Part shown: piece by piece, positions 54,836 through 64,000 of the stretch
Numbering within the stretch: the first letter of the stretch is position 1
Layout: each line of letters opens with the position of its first letter
Origin: Epiperipatus broadwayi
Taxonomy: Eukaryota; Animalia; Onychophora
Length of the DNA stretch: 64,000 nucleotides
NCBI GenBank assembly: GCA_028023455.1
Contig: JAQFVV010000007.1
Location: 1,922,001 to 1,986,000 of the forward strand
Direction of reading: 5' to 3'
Program-made: the position numbers and the translations under genes
The notes under the pieces: generated by a model
Databases searched by the model: none
What the model saw: only the letters and a program-made list of their open reading frames with translations
What the model was told of the DNA's origin: nothing

Positions 54836-56718
54836 TCAAATTAAACATAAAAGAAAATAAATAAATAAATACATCTATATATCTATCATATGCAATGGAA
54901 GAAATGCATATCAAATCTTCTGTCATTAAAATAAAAGTTCCCTTTTTATTTTTATTTTTAGTTCATACTTGAAACTTTAAAAGCAGAAAACGCATGCGTA
55001 GCTCACTATGATAAGATGTATAAACAAACATTAAAACATATAAACATTACTCTTGCAGGATAAATATGAATTTGGCAAAACAGCAATAATCTCCAATGTT
55101 CTTAAAGCTTTTTTAGTGGACATTATAAACAGCTTTTGCACATATTTGAATCAAATTTTTTTTTTTATAAACTCTCCAAAGCTCAGCATTCAATAAAATT
55201 TAATAATGATTAAAATCAGGATTATTTGGTCATCCATGCTTATACAGATTTCTGATAAATAATTATCAAATATCATTAAGTCATGCATTCTATCACTCAT
55301 ATATAGGTGTGAATGGTAAGGTAATTTAATATACATAATTATTTCAATAATGTAAAGTATTAGAATGAATAATTTCTTCTTTTCAACCTTATTTTACACA
55401 ATAAAAATAGAAAACTCATTAAATGAGAGTCAATAAGATATTCCATTACACAGTTCAGCATAACTTTTCCAATTATTATCATTATTGTTAATTTATATAA
55501 TTCCAGTACTACACTATTTATTATAAATGAGTTATAGCAAAATTGTATTAGCAATTTTTCTATATAATATCCATGCATTATGAATAAAAGCAAATTCAAA
55601 TTGTTAGTCGATAAAAGTTAGAACTAGTGTACCTTTAAACATTTAGCCTTCCATATTGAACAATTCTATCATGTATCCTTCACAATTACACATTGGCATT
55701 TATGCTTGAGTAGTATGAGAGAAGTTTCCTTAGAAAAAAGGGAATAATAAAGAATTTAATGAAAATATTAGGTTCACTTGTTTTATTATATTTCTTCTTT
55801 TTTTTTTAGAAAAATATTTCACCATTTCTAAAACTTTTTCTGAAGTCTTCTTTCTACTTAGTCATGCCTCTTTTTTTTTTAGTTATAATGAGACCAACAA
55901 TATGCAAGAATTGATTACTTGTAAAAAAAATATTAGGAATAGATTATTGGGAAAAAAAAAAAGTTATAAATACTAACTAATAATAAATAAAATAAATAAT
56001 TTTTACATTTTCAAATGAAAGATTTTATGCAATAAATAATAAAAAAATCATATTAATTGATGGTGTGTGTGTGCATGTCTTTCCATTAATCCAGAGGTCT
56101 ATTAATGACTGAGCTATTAGAAATAATTATGACAAAATAAATAATGTTATTGCAAGATGGATATTCTGAGTGATAATTAGAAATATGAACGAGGGTGTGA
56201 AGTGTGAGATGATGTAAATAGGCATGCACCCACACATACCAGTTAGATCAGGGAATGACAATAAACACTAGATTAGAAAATTAATGAATAAACACTCATC
56301 GGCCTTACAGACAAACAATACTTATTCCCATTAGTTTAGCTTTCATACCAACAACTTCTGATACAATCCATCCCCTCTCCCACTATTAGATATACATAAA
56401 AAAATTTAATGATTGGTACACTCCAACTAACATTCTAAGAATTTTTCAACCAAATTATACATTAAGTTATATCACAATTCATTTTTTTCTTATTAGGTAC
56501 CCCTGATCACTATTGGCATAATGTGAACTTTTCACATTCCTTCATGGTGCCAATCTGGAAGGTCACAATATATATGTGCTTGACTAAACTGCCTAAAGAT
56601 TAAGATAAATAAATTTATACATATTAAATGTTTTATAAAGTCAAAAAACTACGGAGAGACTTTCTTTTCAAAATTTTTTATTGATATACAATATATAACT
56701 TCACAAATAAATATAAAT

Positions 56719-56770
56719 AGCCGACGTTTCGTCCATTTTTTAAAATAATGATATGGACTTTATCAAGGTT
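56719..56770 (-). ncRNA. Minimal type I hammerhead-like ribozyme, U3-A8 variant (left arm)
   Basis: Reverse complement of the right-arm motif. Confidence 0.8.
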
Positions 56771-57231
56771 CTATAAAACAGAGAAAAAATATACAATAAA
56801 TAAGAAAACAAGAAAATAAAATAAAATAAAACAAATAAAAACAAATAAAAATAATAATAATAACAAAATAAAATACCTATAAACCAAAAATGGAAAAATT
56901 GTATATCACAACATTTCCTTATATAGTGAGAAATTTTTTATACCAAAAGGAAAAAAATATCTATACAAAAACAGTCAATTTTTTTGCACAAATATATATA
57001 GCTTATATATTTGTGCAAAAAAATTGACTGTTTTTGTATAGATATTTTTTTCCTTTTGGTATAAAAAATTTCTCACTATATAAGGAAATGTTGTGATATA
57101 CAATTTTTCCATTTTTGGTTTATAGGTATTTTATTTTGTTATTATTATTATTTTTATTTGTTTTTATTTGTTTTATTTTATTTTATTTTCTTGTTTTCTT
57201 ATTTATTGTATATTTTTTCTCTGTTTTATAA

Positions 57232-57283
57232 AACCTTGATAAAGTCCATATCATTATTTTAAAAAATGGACGAAACGTCGGCT
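57232..57283 (+). ncRNA. Minimal type I hammerhead-like ribozyme, U3-A8 variant (right arm)
   Basis: AACC-TTGATAA-A-GTCCAT-(16 nt)-ATGGAC-GAAA-CG-TC-GGCT. It has a 6-bp stem II, palindromic stem III ACGT and GUC cleavage triplet, with AATAAA downstream (about 57320). Confidence 0.8.
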
Positions 57284-57430
57284 ATTTATATTTATTTGTG
57301 AAGTTATATATTGTATATCAATAAAAAATTTTGAAAAGAAAGTCTCTCCGTAGTTTTTTGACTTTATAATAACTTGATAATACATTTGAAAAGAAAAAAG
57401 AAGAAGAAGAAGATTAAATGTTTTATAAAA

Positions 57431-59052
57431 TTGCTTTCTAATATGCGAGAAACCAAATGATAAATTACTTTGTAAAGGAAGAAAGAAAATTGCTTTTGAT
57501 AGGCAAAGCTTTGAATTATGTAGTTCTTAAAAATCTAAAGCATTTTTGAATTGTTTAATTTGTCTATTTTAAATTTAATTTTAAATAAAATTTCCCACAT
57601 TTTTATAGTAAAAGTGGATGGCAAAGCCAAATATAATATAAAAATTTTGGAATTAATAATATTTTAAAAATTATCAAGCTACATTTAAATATCAGCAATA
57701 AGTTTTCTTTCTTCTCAAACTGTTAACTAATGTAAATAAAGAGAGAGAAAAAAAAGATTACTTTTGCTTTTGTTTAATTATGTATCAAATCATGATATAA
57801 CTTTAAAATATCTCAGAATTTGTTTACACAGCATGTTTTTCGAAAAATATGTTCTTGTAATGACACAAAAATCAGATTTCCCCCAGCTGGTGAAGTATAC
57901 ATTTGAAAACATTTTATTTGAACAACATCAAATAGATATAAATAGGTCTGAAACAAGCAAGTAAGCATTCTGATTCTATTTTGTTGTGCATTCCTGTCCA
58001 GTATACTTTTGAAGCCATCTTGCAGTGATCCAAGCTGAGCAGAGAAACAATCACTGGTTAAAACAAAGATAGCCATATTTTTCTGACTGTTTTTAAAAGT
58101 ATTTTTCAATACTTGTCATAATAGCCAGTATGTTGATTTTATCTAGCTTTTTACAATGCGTGATTAGGCAAAAAAAAATCACATCAGTCAAAATACCTGG
58201 AAAATGCAATCAAATCCAGAAACTAGTACTGATGTTTGTAAAACCAGCCAATGCCTGACTCTATAATGCCATGAAGGAAGAAATGGACAGTTCTGTAAGA
58301 ACTATCAAAACCTATTGATATTATACCTCATATAATGTTTACTGTATTTACTATTTAACATCACCAATGCCCAAAGAGAAGTCCAGTGTCCAAGGAGGAG
58401 AAGTATCATCTTTAGAGCAATAAATGAAGATAACTGAAAATTTATTAAAGATATCTGCAAAAAACCATGGTTTGCAATGTTTAAATATTTAGCATAGTAA
58501 TATTTTATTATTATAAATACTTTAAGGCTTTAAACCTAAACTTAAATTTAAAATATTTTATTACTCTGATATTTAATATTTTATATACACATTAAATTTA
58601 CGCGTATATACAAAACGTTTTTTTCTTCATTGTTAATAAATTGTTTTTTATTTTTTATTAATCCATTTAGTTTATGTTTGCAACTCAATCCCAAACATTA
58701 GTCTTTTAACACACATATGCTAATTAATATCTACTGCCCTGAGAAATGAAGCAATCCACTGGAAGATATGCAGGGATGATGGTGATAATTTGTAATTGAT
58801 AATGATCATTCCTTTAAAAGTTTTCCAAAAATAAACTTTTTAAAAAAAGATTTGGCACCATTGAGTTTCATTTTTATTAAAACTGAAAAACAAATAAAAT
58901 ACTTTTGGAAGTGCTTGCACTTTTAAATTATAAATAATCATCATCATCACATTTGGTAATATTATTATATACTTGAATTCTTTTTTCATTTGAATTTTAC
59001 TACCTATTCAACTTTCATATTTATTTGATTTAATATTTATGGTACATATTGG
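57431..59052 (-). mobile_element. Dispersed repeat copy 2, probable decayed Mutator-like transposon
   Basis: Colinear with 37670-39235, roughly 70-80% identity by eye. Confidence 0.5.
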
Positions 59053-61439
59053 GTATACTATTACTGTTACAATGTATATACTTAGTTCACTTTAAATGAA
59101 GATATTTTCTTTAATAGTAATTACAGTCATACAACATATGAATAAATTTACCTCTCATTAATTCCACTCTAAAAAAATTTACATATCATAAGCATACATC
59201 ATACTTAATAAAATTAATATATACTAAAATATTCAGATTAATGCAGAAACTGGACTTACATAAAAACTGCAGATAAGCTAGCAAAATAGTGCATGCGTAA
59301 ATGATCTTATGTTAAGATAACATACATTAATCAGTGTTTGCTCTGTGTATATAAAGAATTTATACATACATCAATAGAAGATAAGTCTATAACTACAGAT
59401 CTTATTTTCTAATAAGATTAAATGCTTTAATTTTTATCTACTTATAATGTATATATTATTATGAGTGAATAAACTGTTGTTTAATTTTTATTTGTTAATG
59501 TTTATTTATTTCAAATTTATTGATGCAAACCGAGTGATATTGTAAATTATATCCCTGAGGAATACGACACTTTTAATTTAAACTATTTAAGACAAGAAAT
59601 TCTTTATTAAAACATTTCATATTTCAATAAAACAATTCCTTATTTTCTGCAGTCCTTTTGACCAGCTTGCTGTTAACTGAAAGGAGGGAGACTCTTTGAT
59701 TCCTCTTGGAGATCTTAAAGGAAGTGAGCAGAGAAAATTCCTTATGTCCACTCGTTATGTTCTTGTTGCTGCAGCTGTTATTACTATGTGATTATTCATA
59801 TAGTATACAAACAAGGATGGGCTGCTCACCAACATACATTATCCAGCATATTTCTATTCTTACTTTAATTTATTATTTTACAATTTTTAGGCTATTGACT
59901 CATGATATTCCTTGGGATGCCAGGGAGAGAACTGCAAACATTTCTAAAACTCTAAAAATTATCCTCTCCATCATTCAAGTTTAACAGGTGAACAAGATAA
60001 AATAAAATTAAAATTAACTAATAATTGAGACCAGCAGATTTTTGACATAATTAAATTATTCTAAAATTATTAAAGTTAAGACTAGTGTGTAAATAACTAT
60101 ATTTTAGTTACAGTTAATAAATACACATTAGAATTTACTTTAGGACAAAGGTTACTGGCAAGGTTGTAGTGGCTCAGATGTGGGACCCATATATGGTCAA
60201 TAGCATGGATTCAGTGTGCTCTGTTGACGTCTCTAAGACACTCTAAACATGGAAGTTCATTCGGTTTTTCAGAATCAGCATAGGAATTGACAGGAATGTA
60301 GATAGTTTTGGTCATGTTGATGGAATTCTCCATTTGATGTTGTGCTTCACTGATGACTATGGAAAAGCCAATGCCAGATTACTCACTCGTGTTGGTAGGT
60401 AATTTAAACATACCTATTTTATCTTATATTATAGATGAAAAATCAATTTTATATATAAAAAAATTAAGTCTATCATAAAAAGAAGTAGAATATCTTAAGC
60501 AATGCCCTTTTCCAAACTTATATCTATATTTTTGTTCACCTCAGGTGCATTTTTGAGTTCTAATAGATCTGATCTTTCTCTGTCTTTAATTCAGTTCCAT
60601 TAATGTTTTATTTCCTCATTCTTTAACTCACTGCCAAATCTGTTTCCTTGCTTTTATTTATATTTACTTTCTAACACTTTTAAACACAAGCAGACCTTAA
60701 AGGTGTTTAGCTGTAACTATTATAACCAATTTTAACTATAGATGTTGAAATAAGGCACCATCATTTCTTCCTGTAAAGGCTTATTTCCATTACCAACCCT
60801 TTTCCCATTGTACTGCTACATTAAAATTCATTTAATTAATTTAACCAGCTTTTAACTTTAAAAAAAATATAATTGTACACACACATGCACACATATTACT
60901 TATATTTGTGAATTTAAAGTTATTACATATGGTGGCAAATGGGAGAGAAATTAAGCAACTATGAAGCAAGCATATAAGAACACAGATATGCACTGCTTTA
61001 TATTTTCCAAGTTACGCAAACAAAAAAAAATAATAAAAAAACAACTTACATATTTCCTCTGCAGTGAATGAGTAATCATTAGAGTATTCTCTTTGCAAGA
61101 ATGTTAGTGTGTGCATGTTTGGTCATTTCTTTTTTCTGCTCTACTGCTATTCTAGCTTGATTCTGTTCTCCCATTTTATTTAGCATTATGATATTACCAC
61201 AGGTTTTTTCTTTTCCTCTTGCTCCAAATTCCATTCGAGTGAATTAAAGTAGAATAGAAATATGTTGTTTTGGTTGATTTTTCACTCCCCCCCCCCCCTT
61301 TTATCATTTCAAGTAAAAATATGTTTGGCTCTCTTTCATAAAACTTGCTAAGACAGAATTATTGAAAGATGATGAGTGTTATTGTTCAACATTTTATATG
61401 AATAGAATTGCTTAAGTGTTGCCCTAGAAATGAGTAAGA

Positions 61440-63660
61440 AAATTAAATATAATTAATTTGTTTTAATAATGCATTAATGCATTGAAGGTGAAACTATTCC
61501 ATATAACAATTTATTTAGGCTGAGCACTTTCAGGGTTTTGTTACTCCATAATCATAGCCTTATAGATTGTCAATGTTATTATATGCAAATATATGCAAAA
61601 CTATTTTTTTTATATTATTCATTTTCTGGAGAGGGTGAAGCAAGTATCTTTTCTGTTTATAGAGTTGGTGTCACTGGTAATAAAACAAGCTTCCTTGATT
61701 TTTCTTTTGATGTCATTCCTCTCTGTACACAGTATATCAGCTTTGGAGGGCTCAGACCTATGGTTAAGTTCTTGCTGATGGTCAGCAAAAATGGAACTGC
61801 CTTCTTTTTTGGTTATTGCTCATCTGTATGTATATCTGTGTTGAGTCAGTCTATTATCAATTGTGGCATGAGTCTCACTATAGTAAACAGCACTACACCA
61901 CATCTGAAGGCAAGTAATTCTATAGATGACCTGAGGTGTTGCTTCAATGTTTCTTTTATCCTTAGTGTTATTGATGAGCCTATTGGTATTTGATGGTGTT
62001 CTAAATCCCAGTTTGAATTCTTTATGTAAAGCTTTACTAGAACTTTTAGCCACTGCAGAAATGTATGGCACAGTCAGGTGTTGTCTATCTTCTTTTTTAT
62101 TGTTTTGATTGAGGCTTTTATGAAAGCATTCAATTCTGTTGATTATTGTTCTGTGGTTGAAACCCACACCTATTAAGTCTCTGATGTAGCTGGTGATGTT
62201 TTTTTTTTATCAGATTCTAGTTTACATAGATGATGATTGCGAAATAAAAAAGCAGATAGCTCTGCAAGTTTATGTGATTTGGGGGAGTTTGAGAGTGAGA
62301 TAACCTCTAATGTGCAAGGGATTAATCATCATGCAATAATTGAGTGTGGGTTCTCTCTGTTAATCATTAAATCAAGATACTTAACTACATTTTGATTATC
62401 TTTGTATATGCAATTAAAAGTTAGGCCAGAGAGAGTGTTGGAGTTCATGTAAAATATCAGCAGTAGTATTCTCCGGTGCTGCTGTGAATATATCATCTGC
62501 ATATCTGATATAAACTGTACCTGGTACTGATGTTTGGAATTTTGGAAGCACTTGTTGTTCAAACTGATTTAAGACCACACTGTAGAAAATCCTGCTCATA
62601 GAGGGACCCATTGGTCAACCGTTGTTCTTTCTATACTAGTTGTCTTCATACAATGCCAAAATATTTCCATCCAGCCATTTCATAAAGCCCACAATAAATT
62701 GTATCTTAGGAGCTGGGCCATCTTTTCTAATCAGCTCATGTTCAATTATTTTAATTGATAGCTGTCTATCAATGGAACCATATAGTTCTGCGATATCGAC
62801 AGCTGTGATTCAGAATTCTTGAGGAATTGCTGCATCCTTGATTTTATCCATGAATTCAAATGATGATTTGATTGTAAATGAACCAAACTCTAAATAGTTG
62901 ATCAGTCATTCACTGACCAGTTTGGATGCATTAAAGTAGTGGACACTTTCGAAGTCCAACATTAATCTTAGAGGCACACCCGGTTTATGCAGCTTTGCAT
63001 TTGCGAAAATTCTTGGTTGTATAGTTGTAGATGGATAATTCCTATAATAATCAGCTCTATTGAAGTCTTTATCTTTTTGTATGTATGAAACTGATGTGAT
63101 GAATTGATCTCTGTTTATTTTATTATTGAACGATGTGATTGCTCCAACCTTCAATTTTTGAATTTGCGTGTTCATTTTATCTTTATAGTACGCAGCAGTC
63201 ATTAAGACAAACCTGTAACCTTTATCTTCTTTCATACATTTAATACTATTATCACTGACAAACTTTTTTGTCCTGTATATATATATTGTCCCCAGCTGCC
63301 ATCGTCGCTCTTTAACCACTTATTTCTAATAGATTTAGTTACCGCAGTGATAACGTGTTCTCTGCATGGGTTATTAATTAAGACCCCCCCCCCCACAAAT
63401 CTCAGTCCAAATGATAAAGTAGACTCGACCTCGTTAGTTATATTAATGTCTTGTTTACGAGCGAGAAAATTTAATTTTTTCTCAAACTTCACAACCAGTT
63501 TAATAATCCATATAGGTTCATTAGCATTGGCTGTTATATTTAAGAGTCATTTCTTTTCTTTCTTAAGGACACTTTTACAATTTCTTATGATCGTATCAAG
63601 CAATTTTATCTGTAGAACTTGCCTAATTCTGTTTCCATCATAAATCGATTTTTAATTCTG
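61440..63660 (-). mobile_element. Penelope-like element, frameshifted, related to but diverged from the 52.3-54.7 kb copy
   Basis: ORF fragments 63232-63492, 62906-63319 (PRIFANAKLHKPGVPLRLML), 62414-62611 (MGPSMS, YIRYADDIF), 62329-62562 (VKYLDL) and 61820-62167 (LTVPYIS, VIYRITC..C..YYSET). Confidence 0.92.
61517..61560 (-). ncRNA. Minimal type I hammerhead-like ribozyme, A3-U8 core variant
   Basis: Minus strand reads AGGCT-ATGATTA-T-GGAGT-aacaaa-ACCCT-GAAA-GTGC-TC-AGCCT, the same geometry as 54542-54585. Confidence 0.7.
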
Positions 63661-64000
63661 TTTTATAATTTATATATTTCCATAAGGTGAAAAAAAAAGT
63701 TTTAATTATTTAAAATGTCCGTATTTTGTTTATATATGTGTGACACACATTTATATATGAAATTAAAGCCGTAAATTATAGTTTTCAAATCAATGTAATA
63801 AATAACAGACTAAAAGATCAGTCACCATTATGGGTTAATATTCTTCCCTGCTTGAATATATTATTGTTAGATTTTAAAAGTTATTATTCAATTGTGGATG
63901 GGTTACAGCTTCAAATAAAATTTCATATTTCGTTAAATGGGGATATGTGCTGCATTATAGAATGAATTTGTTATTTTAATTTAGTATAGGCTGAAAGGTT

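Larger units (their letters stand above)
56633..57369. repeat. Near-perfect 737-bp palindrome (366-bp arms, 5-nt spacer), PLE pseudo-LTR-like
   Basis: Positions pair with constant sum 114002 (56998/57004, 56721/57281, 56633/57369), so there are no indels. One mismatch found on inspection (56771/57231). Confidence 0.95.

Noticed and set aside
54615-54926. Poly-Leu and poly-Asn ORFs
   Set aside because: Translations of the (AAT)n microsatellite.
60350-60356. CTGATGA followed by GGAAAAG
   Set aside because: No stem II or stem III/NUH geometry; lies within the candidate pseudo-exon.

Overview
AT-rich, largely CpG-depleted eukaryotic DNA (an animal, probably an invertebrate; this is an inference). 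There are no prokaryotic operons, rRNA or CRISPR arrays, and I could not identify an intact host gene. The window is mostly decayed transposons. These include five Gypsy-type LTR elements (two with both LTRs, one with a perfect 5-bp TSD), an RTE LINE, an RTE-X-like LINE with a nested hAT MITE, and Merlin, Mutator-like and possibly Sola-like DNA transposon remnants. There is also a retroposed tRNA-Val(TAC)-like sequence with a 13-bp TSD, plus long microsatellites. Penelope-like elements (PLEs) are unusually dense: two recognisable RT+GIY-YIG copies (52.3-54.7 kb plus strand; 61.4-63.7 kb minus strand), three older cryptic remnants, and a near-perfect 737-bp palindrome resembling two PLE 3' ends joined head to head. 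The most notable signal is four minimal type I hammerhead-like motifs in which the canonical C3-G8 core pair is replaced by another Watson-Crick pair. It is A3-U8 in both protein-coding PLEs, with covarying stems I and II, and U3-A8 in both palindrome arms. All alignments and translations were done by eye, and boundaries of decayed elements are approximate.
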